Origin: Patescibacteria group bacterium
GTDB taxonomy: Bacteria; Patescibacteriota; Patescibacteriia; UBA10025; JAHIVO01
Reading direction: 5' to 3'
DNA: 64,000 bases
Assembly: GCA_028718605.1 (NCBI GenBank)
Contig: JAQULM010000001.1
Span: forward strand, 193,699 to 257,698
Below the pieces are notes generated by a model. That model had not been told where the DNA came from, ran no database searches, and saw only the letters and a list, made by a program, of their open reading frames with translations. Shown here piece after piece: positions 17,691 to 26,773 of this stretch. A program made the translations under genes and the position numbers. Numbering within the stretch: the stretch's first letter is position 1; every line of letters begins with the position of its first letter.

Positions 17691-18878
17691 TTATTTAATT
17701 ATTGAATGCTTTTTGCCAATCTTCTCAAACGCTGCGACGGCGCGATCAAGCTGCTCTGTCGTATGCGCCGCTGAAATCTGTACCCGTATCCGCGCTTGGC
17801 CCTCGGGCACAACGGGGAACGAAAATCCGATGACGTAGATCCCCTCCTTAAGAAGGTCGGCTGCCATCCCTTGCGCAACTTTTGCATCGTACAGCATCAC
17901 CGGAACAATCGGGTGCTCTCCGGGACGGACGTCGAGCCCGATAGACCCGATAGCGCTTCGAAAGTATTTCGTATTCGCCATCAGCTTTTCACGGAGGCTC
18001 CCGTCACGCTCAAGCATCCGGAACACCTCAATGGAAGTCGCGGCGACAACCGGCGATACGTTATTTGAAAACAGGTACGTGCGTGACCGCTGGCGTAAAT
18101 ACTCGACAATCTCCTTGCGCGCTGCGGTAAAACCGCCGCCCGCGCCGCCGAGCGCCTTGCCGAGAGTGCTGGTGATAATATCAATGCGCCCCTCAACGCC
18201 GCAGTACTCATGCGTTCCGCGGCCGTGCGCTCCAACGAACCCCGTCGCATGGGAATCATCGACCATAACAAGCGCACCGTATCGATCCGCGAGATCGCAG
18301 ATAGCCTTGAGATTTGCAATATCACCGTCCATGCTGAAAACTCCGTCAGTCGCGATCAACTTCGTCCTAAAACCGGCCGATGCCTTCAGCTGCGCTTCGA
18401 GATCGGCCATATCGCCGTGCTGGAACACCTTCCGCTCTGCTTTGCACAGCCGTATGCCGTCAATAATGCTCGCATGGTTCAGCTTGTCTGAAATTACGAC
18501 GTCTTCTGCCTGTAAAAGCGTCTCAAAGAGGCCTCCATTCGCATCAAAGCACGATGAATAGAGTATCGTATCGTCAGTGCCGAGGAATCGTGAAATCACG
18601 CTCTCGAGCTCTTTGTGCACAGCTGTCGTAGCGCAAATAAAACGGACTGACGACATGCCGTACCCATGCGCCCGCACTGCCCGCTCCGCTGCATCGAGCA
18701 CGGCCGGATGGTTGCACAATCCAAGGTAATTATTGGAGCAAAAATTCAGCACGTGCTTGCCCTGGACTGTGATGACCGCTCCCTGGGGAGACTCGATTAC
18801 ACGTTCAGATTTATATAATCCAGCGTCTCGAATCTTGCCAAGTTCAGCAATAAGCCTTTCACGGAAATTATTGTACAT
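17691..18878 (-). CDS. kbl: Glycine C-acetyltransferase / 2-amino-3-ketobutyrate CoA ligase
   Basis: The protein is near-collinear with E. coli Kbl: ...[10 protein letters not shown]..., [33 protein letters not shown], and a PLP lysine in STLGKALGG. Confidence 0.9.
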   Translation of the reverse strand: MYNNFRERLIAELGKIRDAGLYKSERVIESPQGAVITVQGKHVLNFCSNNYLGLCNHPAVLDAAERAVRAHGYGMSSVRFICATTAVHKELESVISRFLGTDDTILYSSCFDANGGLFETLLQAEDVVISDKLNHASIIDGIRLCKAERKVFQHGDMADLEAQLKASAGFRTKLIATDGVFSMDGDIANLKAICDLADRYGALVMVDDSHATGFVGAHGRGTHEYCGVEGRIDIITSTLGKALGGAGGGFTAARKEIVEYLRQRSRTYLFSNNVSPVVAATSIEVFRMLERDGSLREKLMANTKYFRSAIGSIGLDVRPGEHPIVPVMLYDAKVAQGMAADLLKEGIYVIGFSFPVVPEGQARIRVQISAAHTTEQLDRAVAAFEKIGKKHSIIK

Positions 18879-18898
18879 ATAAAAGAATTTTTACCTTA

Positions 18899-19165
18899 TT
18901 AACGTTTTATTCCTCGGCCTATAAGCTCGCGCTCAATATCATGCGATAATCGATTCCCGATGCCGTTTATTTTCTGGAGTCCCGCAAGCCAGCTTCGCCG
19001 GTATATCTCATCGAGGCCCTCGGTCAGCGCTTCAACCGCACGCGCCGCACGATAGTACGATAGTGTGCGAAACCGGTACCGCTCCCCTTTTGTTTCCAAA
19101 ATTTTGCCTTTTTTAAAAAAAAGTGCCGCGATCTGTTGATTGAACTCGCGACTCGCCTCGTTCAT
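18899..19165 (-). CDS. Stand-alone helix-hairpin-helix protein resembling the N-terminal 8-kDa domain of family X DNA polymerases
   Basis: The segment NQQIAALFFKKGKILETKGERYRFRTLSYYRAARAVEALTEGLDEIYRRSWLAGLQKINGIGNRLSHDIERELI resembles the PolX N-terminus. Confidence 0.6.
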   Translation of the reverse strand: MNEASREFNQQIAALFFKKGKILETKGERYRFRTLSYYRAARAVEALTEGLDEIYRRSWLAGLQKINGIGNRLSHDIERELIGRGIKR

Positions 19166-19491
19166 AGTGCAAACATCGTTCGTGCATTCAGCTCAACCCA
19201 TGTCCCCGTCGGTTCATCCCATCGATATGCTTTGAATGTATGGACGCTCTCCGTATCGGAATATACATATTCAACGTGCGCTGAACTACCGATGCGCTTC
19301 GAGCCAATCGCCTTTTTATCAAGTACCAGCGGCTTCGTGGTCCGCTCGAGCCGTACTTTACCCATTGGGCCATTGAAGATGATGCGCTCGATGGTGCCGG
19401 GTCCGTCCGGAAGCTCCTCAGTAACATGCTCGAGCACCTGACAATCATCCTTCGCTTTCGCAATAATGTCCTGCCACTTTTCGTCATTCAT
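19162..19491 (-). CDS. Hypothetical protein
   Basis: The ORF is 109 aa and overlaps the downstream gene by 4 nt (ATGA). It has a promoter of its own upstream. Confidence 0.5.
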   Translation of the reverse strand: MNDEKWQDIIAKAKDDCQVLEHVTEELPDGPGTIERIIFNGPMGKVRLERTTKPLVLDKKAIGSKRIGSSAHVEYVYSDTESVHTFKAYRWDEPTGTWVELNARTMFAL

Positions 19492-19522
19492 AGTGATAGC
19501 TGATACATGCTCTCGTATGTAT

Positions 19523-19551
19523 ATAATACGACATTACGCTCTAACCGTCAA
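19523..19551 (-). promoter_or_regulatory. Sigma70-like promoter TTGACG-N17-TATTAT on the minus strand
   Basis: The minus-strand sequence is ttgacggttagagcgtaatgtcgtattat. Confidence 0.5.
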
Positions 19552-19567
19552 AATATAAATAATGCAA

Positions 19568-19606
19568 AAAACTGCCCGCTGACCTACCAATCGGCAGTTT
19601 TTTAAC
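19568..19606. terminator. Putative bidirectional terminator
   Basis: The sequence is aaaaaactgcccgctgacctaccaatcggcagtttttta, with a short stem. Confidence 0.4.
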
Positions 19607-19639
19607 GAATGAGACCGCCCCGCGCACGCTTCCAGCCAG

Positions 19640-19792
19640 CTAGCCTACAAGCAGCCACACGACAACAGCCGCAATCACGATGACCGCAATCACGATGACC
19701 CACACCATGGCTTTGCTGCCGCCTTTGCCATTTGCCGGCGAGCCCTGTTCTGTCGGCTGGTTCACGGGATTAGTATTTTGGACTTGATCCAT
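19640..19792 (-). CDS. Small (50 aa) single-TM protein, not in the ORF track
   Basis: The peptide is MDQVQNTNPVNQPTEQGSPANGKGGSKAMVWVIVIAVIVIAAVVVWLLVG. An AGGA lies 9 nt upstream. Confidence 0.4.
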   Translation of the reverse strand: MDQVQNTNPVNQPTEQGSPANGKGGSKAMVWVIVIAVIVIAAVVVWLLVG

Positions 19793-19900
19793 AGCGATTC
19801 CTGCTTTTATTGCTCATTGAAATGCCCAGAGTCCATATGTATTGTACTGCTGTATTGTTTTGGCGTCCAGTAAATCGTGCACAGGCCTTTCCCTGCTCCA

Positions 19901-20455
19901 CTATGACATCTTTTTCTTGCTAAACTTATACAGCAGGAGGACGGCCAATAAAAACGGATCGACTATTTTCCCCGATACAACAAGCCGATCAACGTCCCGT
20001 ATCGATAAAGCTTCGAGCTCGACATGCTCTGCATGCTCGGGGTGTGGCAAACCCGGCCGCAAACCCCGTGCGCAGAATGCATAAAATCGGGAACCGGACC
20101 TGCCTGGATTCCCAAAAAACGTCCCGAGTAACGTCAGCGAGCGGGGAGTGAAACCGGTTTCTTCTTTCATCTCCCGCATTGCCGCGTGGCGGGGAGTCTC
20201 GCCCGGTTCAACGCTACCGCCGATGAGCCCGTAAACAACCTGGCCGACGGGGTACCGAAATTCTTTCCCGAGAATAATCCTCCCCTTCGCATCGATGGGC
20301 AGTACGACAGCGGCCTGTCCATTTTTATTGGAAAAGAAATAATCATACAGTTCCCCTGTCGGCAGCCGAACCGTATCACGGTGGATCGAGAAGTACGTAT
20401 TGCGGAATATAATTCGCGAACGTACCGTTTTCCATTTTTTCAGGCCTGTTCTCAT
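19901..20455 (-). CDS. NUDIX hydrolase
   Basis: The Nudix box reads GGSVEPGETPRHAAMREMKEETG. Confidence 0.85.
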   Translation of the reverse strand: MRTGLKKWKTVRSRIIFRNTYFSIHRDTVRLPTGELYDYFFSNKNGQAAVVLPIDAKGRIILGKEFRYPVGQVVYGLIGGSVEPGETPRHAAMREMKEETGFTPRSLTLLGTFFGNPGRSGSRFYAFCARGLRPGLPHPEHAEHVELEALSIRDVDRLVVSGKIVDPFLLAVLLLYKFSKKKMS

Positions 20456-20517
20456 CTCGGACAGTCCTCGTTACCTCGAATGCGCTGCTCGCCGCGTCAG
20501 CGTTTCTTCATCCAGCG

Positions 20518-21033
20518 TCACTCAACCTTTGTATACACGATAAAAGCATTGAGTGTTGTGATACGGTCAGTAGAATCCTTATTCTCTGAAGTCGTGTCAT
20601 TGCGGAAACCGTGCCCGAACCGAACCTCATTGCCAGACAGCTGGTAAATGTCTTTAATATAATTTCCTTTATCGGAATCAACGAGATCTATTTGCCCTGT
20701 CGTCGGGAATGAATACGAATACAGGTCAACAAGCGTCGTCGCTTCCCCTGCACACGAAGCTTGGTCATAGCTCACGCAGCGATGCTCGGCAGTGCTATCG
20801 TCATTGAAAGTAAAGAAGTGCTGTTCAGCCCAGGGCGAATCCGGATCCGGCACGAGGCAGTCCGTCTGCCATGACCCGAGAAGTTCATTCGAAACTGATG
20901 TTACATTATTCGCAAGTGCGTTTGAATTCTGTATCTGTGCCTTGCTATTGCTATTCGTTGATGTCGAAGCACAGCCAGTCAGAATACTAGCGATAGCCAC
21001 AATGATACCGGTGGTTAATAGCTTTTTTTTCAT
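20518..21033 (-). CDS. Lipoprotein, hypothetical
   Basis: The N-terminus MKKKLLTTGIIVAIASILTGCAS contains a lipobox. Confidence 0.7.
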   Translation of the reverse strand: MKKKLLTTGIIVAIASILTGCASTSTNSNSKAQIQNSNALANNVTSVSNELLGSWQTDCLVPDPDSPWAEQHFFTFNDDSTAEHRCVSYDQASCAGEATTLVDLYSYSFPTTGQIDLVDSDKGNYIKDIYQLSGNEVRFGHGFRNDTTSENKDSTDRITTLNAFIVYTKVE

Positions 21034-21081
21034 ACGAATCGGATTAATAATCTCCTGTTCAATGCGTATACTATACCATAT

Positions 21082-21450
21082 TTACTTGTTGCCGTTTAAC
21101 AATTTCTGAAGCATCTCTTTTATTTCCTGGATCTCCTTCTCAGCTTTAATATTGACCTCGTAGTCCAGCTGTTCGCGTATCTCGCTCCGCTGGGCTTCCC
21201 GATTCTGCGCAATGAGCACAAACGTGGATAGAAAAATCGCTTCAAGGGAAACGACAAACGTAAGGAAAATGAAGGGGTACGGATCCCATGCGCGATCGTG
21301 TGTAACAACATTGAAAATTATCCAAGCGATGAAGAGCCCAACGTGGATCCAGACGAACACCATTCTACCTGTAAATTGCGCAATGGCGATTGCCACACGG
21401 TCGGACCGTGAGAGCTTTTCTTCGAACACATGCCTTGGATGTTTGGGCAT
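21082..21450 (-). CDS. DUF1003 family membrane protein
   Basis: The protein reads ...WDPYPFIFLTFVVSLEAIFLSTFVLIAQNREAQRSE.... Confidence 0.65.
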   Translation of the reverse strand: MPKHPRHVFEEKLSRSDRVAIAIAQFTGRMVFVWIHVGLFIAWIIFNVVTHDRAWDPYPFIFLTFVVSLEAIFLSTFVLIAQNREAQRSEIREQLDYEVNIKAEKEIQEIKEMLQKLLNGNK

Positions 21451-21478
21451 AGGACTTTAGTTAATACTCATTATTGTG

Positions 21479-22372
21479 TTACGTGCTAATACAATAAATT
21501 CCCCCCAGGATAAGGCAAATCGCCGCCGCCTTTCGTAATACTACCCCGCGGCCAATCTCCTCGGAATACAAATGAGGCCATGTCTTGGTAATGACAATTC
21601 CCCAGAGAAAAATAAAAATAAACTGTACATTCACCGCGGTCTCAACAAGAGTAACGTACCACACTGAACTCGCGATAATAAAAAGCAGCGCGCCGCATTC
21701 ACCGAGAAACTCGCTAAAAAAACTAACGAGCAACAACCGCTTCTTCGGTACGCCTCGGATTCCTTGGATGATAGTCCGAAATGCAAACGGCAATCCAATG
21801 AGGCCGATGAGGCCAACAAACAGGCGCTCGTACGCATACACTTGCCAGGCAGAATAACTGTCAAGCAGGTGTTTCATGAGAACATACGCACCTGAAAAGC
21901 TGATCGTGCTCACGATCATGATTCCCAGCGCTCGGCTGCGAAAAACGCTCAGAAGGCTGCCGCGCGAGGTGAGCGCTACCGTGCCAAGGATTAAACAGCC
22001 GATGCCAAAATAAACCGAGAAACGAAATACCTCCCCGAGAAAAACCGCGCTAAAAATGCTTAAAAAAAGCACGACGAGCGCATACAGCGGAATGACGCGC
22101 GACGGCTCATCTTTCTGCAACGCCCAAAAATACAGTATAACCCCGAGAATATACAGCACGCTCATGCCCACGAAATAAGGCATATCAGCGCCCGATACCG
22201 TATGTGGTACGAATGGGTACGCGCCAACGCCTAATACAAATGAAACGATGATATAAAAATACACTAAAACAAACGGGTTTCTGATGATCTTCGTGACAAC
22301 GACCTTGTCAATCGCGTTGCCGACCGACCAGATAAATCCTGCTGCCAGTGAAAAAAACAATCCCAGGCTCAT
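21479..22372 (-). CDS. EamA/DMT-superfamily-like 10-TM membrane transporter
   Basis: The hydropathy pattern and length fit the family. Confidence 0.5.
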   Translation of the reverse strand: MSLGLFFSLAAGFIWSVGNAIDKVVVTKIIRNPFVLVYFYIIVSFVLGVGAYPFVPHTVSGADMPYFVGMSVLYILGVILYFWALQKDEPSRVIPLYALVVLFLSIFSAVFLGEVFRFSVYFGIGCLILGTVALTSRGSLLSVFRSRALGIMIVSTISFSGAYVLMKHLLDSYSAWQVYAYERLFVGLIGLIGLPFAFRTIIQGIRGVPKKRLLLVSFFSEFLGECGALLFIIASSVWYVTLVETAVNVQFIFIFLWGIVITKTWPHLYSEEIGRGVVLRKAAAICLILGGIYCIST

Positions 22373-23664
22373 GTCTTTTTCTTAGGCTGATAATACTTCG
22401 TGCCAACCAGTTTTTTGGGCAAATAGTCCTGTTTCCCCTCCTCCTCAGAATAATCATGCGAATATTTATACCCCTTGTGGTAATCGAGCTCCTTCATCAA
22501 ATCGGTAACTGCGTTCCTCAAATGCAACGGCACCGGCTCATTCATGCTGTCCTTCACGTCCTGTTTTGCAGCCATCAAGCCTTTATATGCTGAATTATCT
22601 TTCGGCGCCTTGGCGAGGTACACGACACCGTGGCCAAGATTAATCTGACATTCTGGGTAGCCAATAAGTTTGACTGCATTGAATACGTCGAGTGCTATGC
22701 GTAACGCGCCAGGATCCGCCATCCCCACGTCTTCTGATGCGAAAATTACCATTCGCCGGGCGATGAATTCAGGGTCTTCCCCCGCCTCTACCATGCGATT
22801 CAGCCAGTAAAGAGCGCCGTCTGGGTCTGACCCACGCATCGACTTTATGAATGCAGAAATGACATTATAATGTTCCTCGCCTTTTTTATCATACTGTAAT
22901 GCCTTGTGCTGCAGCGCGTCTTCAATCGTTTTTACGTCTAAATGTTTAATGCCACGTTTATCCGCTTTCGTTACTTTAACAGCAATTTCAACTGCGTTGA
23001 GCGCGGTACGGGCATCTCCGTTTGCACCCTGGATTAAAAGGTCCAATGCTTTGGGTGCAAGGGAAACTTTTTGGTTACCAAGCCCGTGCTCCTTATCCAG
23101 AAGCGCACGCTTGATAATTCTCGATAATTCAGGCACACCATGCCGCTGCATGACGAACACGCGCGAGCGGGACAGCAATGGCGCGATCACCTCAAAGGAC
23201 GGATTTTCGGTCGTGGCGCCGATGAGGGTAATGATGCCGTTCTCGACGTACGGCAGGAATGCGTCCTGCTGGGCCTTGTTCCAACGGTGGATTTCATCGA
23301 CAAACAGTATAGTTCGCGTACCGTGGAGCTTGCGGCGGTCAACGGATTCGCGGACAACCCGGCGCAGGTCATCAAGCCCCGACGTGACCGCACTGATACC
23401 GACAAAATACGATTTTGTCATGTTGGCAACGATGCGCGCGAGTGTAGTTTTGCCTGATCCCGGCGGTCCCCAGAATATTATTGAAAAAATCTCGTCATTC
23501 TCAATAGCCCGGCGCAATATCTTCCCCTTGCCGATAATCTCTTCCTGCCCGACAAAATCCTCAAGCTTGTCAGGCCGGATGCGGTCAGCCAGCGGCGCCT
23601 GGAACCGCAGGTCGCCTTCCAGCCGCGCGTCAAACAGATCCTTTTTTTGTTTACTCCTTTTCAT
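22369..23664 (-). CDS. rarA: Replication-associated recombination protein A (AAA+ ATPase)
   Basis: The motifs RPDKLEDFVGQEEIIGKGKILRRAIENDEIFSIIFWGPPGSGKTTLARIVA and ILFVDEIHRWNKAQQDAFLP are present. Confidence 0.9.
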   Translation of the reverse strand: MKRSKQKKDLFDARLEGDLRFQAPLADRIRPDKLEDFVGQEEIIGKGKILRRAIENDEIFSIIFWGPPGSGKTTLARIVANMTKSYFVGISAVTSGLDDLRRVVRESVDRRKLHGTRTILFVDEIHRWNKAQQDAFLPYVENGIITLIGATTENPSFEVIAPLLSRSRVFVMQRHGVPELSRIIKRALLDKEHGLGNQKVSLAPKALDLLIQGANGDARTALNAVEIAVKVTKADKRGIKHLDVKTIEDALQHKALQYDKKGEEHYNVISAFIKSMRGSDPDGALYWLNRMVEAGEDPEFIARRMVIFASEDVGMADPGALRIALDVFNAVKLIGYPECQINLGHGVVYLAKAPKDNSAYKGLMAAKQDVKDSMNEPVPLHLRNAVTDLMKELDYHKGYKYSHDYSEEEGKQDYLPKKLVGTKYYQPKKKT

Positions 23665-24487
23665 ACTTTCCTAAAGGGAAATTACGGTCAACCTGCTCGG
23701 CAATTTTCAGGCCAGCGTCCAGCATTGTATCGAGTATGTCTTTTTTTAGTGTCGGCATCGTATAGTATAGCACCACGCTGGAATCGGAAAATTCAAAAGC
23801 TGCAATCCCAGACTGCGTTATCAGCTCAATCAAAACCGGATCGAGGAGCTGAAGCGTCCCATGCCCTGCCCTCGCCTCAACGTGGTACATTTTTTCAAAT
23901 TGCCTGCTCTCAGTATTGACTGTATCCTTATTACCAACGAATGTGCGGTAAACCGCGAGGGCAACGGGAAGCCGATGCGTCTCGAGTTCCATGCACCATC
24001 CGTGAAAATCTCCCAGTACGCCTCCTTCTGTTTTCTTTACATTGCCAATAACATGGTAAGGGCTATGGACAGTGCGGAGATATGAATTCGCGGGAGCTCT
24101 GCCAACGAGTGAAAATAGCAGAAAATTTCTACCCTCGATTTTGCCGTCAATGTAGGGTACGGTATCATGCTCATACTTTACCGAACGGGATTCGAAGTAT
24201 TTTTTATTCGGGCTTTTTTTAAACCGCGCTTCACGCAGGTATCGCGCTCCATCCTTCATGAAATGGAGATTGTGCTCTTGTGCCCATTGCTCCATCCATC
24301 GGTAATCCGGCCAGAATCGCCACATTAATAACGCAACACCACTGATGAACAGCAACGCGAAAAGAGCTTGGACATACCGAGAGCCTCCCGATGTAAAGAG
24401 GAGGATCATTAAAAGCAGAAATAAAACAACAATTGCCGTATACGTGCCGAAAACAATTCGTGAGCGATTATTGTCAGAAGTACGCAT
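23651..24487 (-). CDS. Hypothetical membrane protein
   Basis: The ORF has two N-terminal TM helices and no recognised motif. Confidence 0.45.
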   Translation of the reverse strand: MRTSDNNRSRIVFGTYTAIVVLFLLLMILLFTSGGSRYVQALFALLFISGVALLMWRFWPDYRWMEQWAQEHNLHFMKDGARYLREARFKKSPNKKYFESRSVKYEHDTVPYIDGKIEGRNFLLFSLVGRAPANSYLRTVHSPYHVIGNVKKTEGGVLGDFHGWCMELETHRLPVALAVYRTFVGNKDTVNTESRQFEKMYHVEARAGHGTLQLLDPVLIELITQSGIAAFEFSDSSVVLYYTMPTLKKDILDTMLDAGLKIAEQVDRNFPLGKYEKE

Positions 24488-25019
24488 ACTTTTTTTTCAA
24501 TACTTTCAGCATCATTCTGTTGTAATGGATGCCAATAATGAAATCCTTCCGTTTCACCCCAAGCTTGAGCATGAAATCGGTAATCCGCTTCCTGTTTTTT
24601 TGCGTATCTGTTCCTTCCAGCTCAACTTCAATGAACTTGCCGAGCCGCTTGACGGTATCGAGCACTATTTCCAGCTGCCCCTTCCGGTACACCCGGCGGC
24701 GCTTATCAATAACAAATTCGGGGCGGAATTTCATCTTCTCAAGAATTGTCCGGGCTGTCCGGTAATTGCTGATAGCAACTTCATACTCCTGTGCGGCATA
24801 TGCGTTTTTCGGAACGTGCAACTCGAGCCGCGCCTGCCCGCTCAGCGCATCGTATCGAATGCGCAGAACCCTACCGCGGTACTTTTTGTACGGTTGGCCG
24901 ATCGGAAGGAAGTACGTATCGATCTGGCGTTTTACGCCGATATAACGGGCGCCGAGCTTTTTCAAATTGCGCTCGATGGGACTGAAGTTGCTCACCCTTG
25001 CCTTGAGTTCAATTTCCAT
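24474..25019 (-). CDS. CYTH domain protein (class IV adenylyl cyclase / triphosphatase fold)
   Basis: The sequence MEIELKARV...RIRYD...ELEVP is CYTH-like. The start was moved to the internal ATG to avoid a 56-nt overlap. Confidence 0.55.
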   Translation of the reverse strand: MEIELKARVSNFSPIERNLKKLGARYIGVKRQIDTYFLPIGQPYKKYRGRVLRIRYDALSGQARLELHVPKNAYAAQEYEVAISNYRTARTILEKMKFRPEFVIDKRRRVYRKGQLEIVLDTVKRLGKFIEVELEGTDTQKNRKRITDFMLKLGVKRKDFIIGIHYNRMMLKVLKKKYAYF

Positions 25020-25761
25020 GTTTTTTCCATTTAACCGATTTGATGAGCGGACCGTATAAATCACTGACGATGTTTATTTTCAGCGCAGGATGATTTTTTG
25101 ACGGACGATGTGCCCCGCGGATAAACTGAACGAATGGCACATCGGTAATCATCGCAAGCGGCGTACGCTCGTCGGTCTCCCCCATTGCCAGAACAGCAGC
25201 CGACGCCAACCCGTCAACAACGTCCACCGTAGTAATTTTTAATTTCCTGCCGAATAAATCCTTCAACCCGCGAAAATCATTCACTGGCCGAAACCCATAA
25301 AAACTTAACCCAACACCGACGACCCCCCTGCGCAATGGTACCGTATGGCTGTCGACAATCAGCACGCCGAATTGTTTTACCCGGTACTGCTTTTTAATAA
25401 AACGATGGATGTCTCGTGCTGCTTTATCCGGATTATCCGGCCACAGAATGTAATAACCGCCGGCGTTTGACTCATCAATGCCCGCTGTCGGTATAAGGAT
25501 GCCCTGTTTGATGGTGAGGACGGCGTACCGATTCGGCACGACTGACCGCGGCAGATATAAATCAGCTTCTTGCTGGATCAAATCGTCCTTTTGGAGCAGG
25601 TCAGTTTTCGGGATGCACCTGCCCTGGTGGATGCTGATAACTTTTGAGGCAATAACGACGATGGAGTGTTCGGGAACTCTCCGTATACTCAGACGTACTA
25701 CCTCAAAAAGCTCGTCTTTCGGCGGTTTTAGCAGACGCGTTTTTATTGGCTGAACATGCAT
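25009..25761 (-). CDS. F420-0:gamma-glutamyl ligase (CofE) family protein
   Basis: The segments ...SIVVIASKVISIHQGRCIP..., IVDSHTVPLRRGVVGVGLSFYGF and GLASAAVLAMGETDERTPLAMI fit the family. Confidence 0.55.
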   Translation of the reverse strand: MHVQPIKTRLLKPPKDELFEVVRLSIRRVPEHSIVVIASKVISIHQGRCIPKTDLLQKDDLIQQEADLYLPRSVVPNRYAVLTIKQGILIPTAGIDESNAGGYYILWPDNPDKAARDIHRFIKKQYRVKQFGVLIVDSHTVPLRRGVVGVGLSFYGFRPVNDFRGLKDLFGRKLKITTVDVVDGLASAAVLAMGETDERTPLAMITDVPFVQFIRGAHRPSKNHPALKINIVSDLYGPLIKSVKWKKHGN

Positions 25762-25807
25762 ATTATATTAAATTTTACCACGTTTCTTGGCTTGTGGAAA
25801 AGGCTAT

Positions 25808-25836
25808 TGACGCAGCAGGGTGTGCGTGGTAGAGTC
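25808..25836 (+). promoter_or_regulatory. Sigma70-like promoter TTGACG-N17-TAGAGT upstream of the tRNA-Pro region
   Basis: The sequence is ggctattgacgcagcagggtgtgcgtggtagagtcaac. Confidence 0.4.
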
Positions 25837-25978
25837 AACAGTCGTCTGAACAAACCCCTTTATTTCAAGCGCGTTTCCTGGTACTATACTACTATTGAAC
25901 CTTGGTTGGCCATTAACAATGCACGGGGTAACCACGCGACACGAGCGTACGAGCGATGCCCCGGTTCGAATCTTTTTC

Positions 25979-26014
25979 CGGGGATTAGCGCAGTTGGCTA
26001 GCGCGCACGCTTCG
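25979..26014 (+). other. Partial copy (36 nt) of the tRNA-Pro 5' half, running from the acceptor stem to the middle of the anticodon
   Basis: It is identical to nt 1-36 of the tRNA at 26079 and is followed by an unrelated CCCCGCA...TGCGGGG hairpin. Confidence 0.8.
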
Positions 26015-26078
26015 CCCCGCAACCTCTCGCTTTGTTCGGATGCGGGGTAAAGGTGCAGACGCGCTAGAGCTGGCTTGC

Positions 26079-26155
26079 CGGGGATTAGCGCAGTTGGCTA
26101 GCGCGCACGCTTCGGGTGCGTGAGGTCGCGAGTTCGAGTCTCGCATCCCCGACCA
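26079..26155 (+). tRNA. tRNA-Pro (anticodon CGG), CCA encoded
   Basis: Manual fold gives acceptor CGGGGAT/ATCCCCG, D-stem GCGC/GCGC, anticodon stem CACGC/GCGTG with loop TTCGGGT, and T-arm GCGAG-TTCGAGT-CTCGC. The discriminator is A, followed by CCA. Confidence 0.85.
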
Positions 26156-26233
26156 GCCAGCTCTATTGACAGCATAATAAAAATTGGTGCGCTTGTCCCG
26201 CATACGCGAGTGAAGCGAGCGTTGTGCGGGATG

Positions 26234-26264
26234 AGGTCGCGAGTTCGAGTCTCGCATCCCCGAC
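26234..26264 (+). other. Partial copy (31 nt) of the tRNA-Pro 3' part, running from the variable loop to the discriminator
   Basis: The sequence aggtcgcgagttcgagtctcgcatccccgac is identical to the tRNA 3' portion. It is preceded by a TCCCGCA...TGCGGGA hairpin and has no matching 5' acceptor strand. Confidence 0.75.
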
Positions 26265-26478
26265 AAAGGACTTGAAAAACGTGCCGGCAGGCACCGTTGG
26301 AGCAGTGCTCAATTGCTCCAGCGATGCCCGCTGGTAAACTACATTTCTTCCAAACCTCAAACAGAAAGAAGGGTCCCACTTGATCTTTCTACAATTTCCT
26401 CACGCTCCTCCTTTGTTACTATAGGTGTCCACAGAAACGAAAATGCGAAACCTGTAGATAAATCATTGGAGGAATCCC

Positions 26479-26682
26479 ATGTGTCAGTGTCATCATAAAC
26501 TCTCACACCTTATCGGCGAAGGTGATCCGCGTGGCAAGCGCGTCGTGATACACCCGCGGAAAGGGGCACAGTTCGGAGCTACGATCGAGAAAGTCGATCA
26601 TGGCAGTAACCACGCCATCGTACGGACGGTCGATGGCATCCGTTCTGTGGCGCTTACAACCGCTGCGATGCCTCATCGATAG
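26479..26682 (+). CDS. Small hypothetical protein (67 aa) with a strong RBS
   Basis: GGAGGA lies 6 nt upstream of the ATG. No homology was recognised. Confidence 0.35.
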   Translation: MCQCHHKLSHLIGEGDPRGKRVVIHPRKGAQFGATIEKVDHGSNHAIVRTVDGIRSVALTTAAMPHR

Positions 26683-26716
26683 AAGCGACACTACACGATG
26701 ATTTCATTCGAATTAA

Positions 26717-26748
26717 AAAGCCGGGGGTACCCAGTACCGCCCGGCTTC
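26717..26748 (-). terminator. Rho-independent terminator for purB
   Basis: The 8-bp stem aagccggg/cccggctt is followed by a T-run on the minus strand (ctttttaatt). Confidence 0.7.
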
Positions 26749-26773
26749 ATTATTACTGGTGCTGTTTTTCCTC

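Noticed and set aside
25979-26264. A split or permuted tRNA, as in Nanoarchaeota, assembled from the 5'-half and 3'-part copies through their partly complementary flanking hairpins.
   Set aside because: An intact, canonical tRNA-Pro with its own CCA lies between the fragments, bacterial split tRNAs are not established, and each flanking segment is self-complementary, so the inter-fragment complementarity is expected by default. The cautious integrase-footprint or duplication interpretation is kept as a finding instead.
25756-26379. ORFs overlapping the tRNA-Pro region (25756-26001 on the plus strand; 25985-26266, 26098-26379 and 26163-26360 on the minus strand).
   Set aside because: They overlap a confidently folded tRNA and its partial copies, and their peptides are low-complexity (R/S/A-rich) reverse-frame products.
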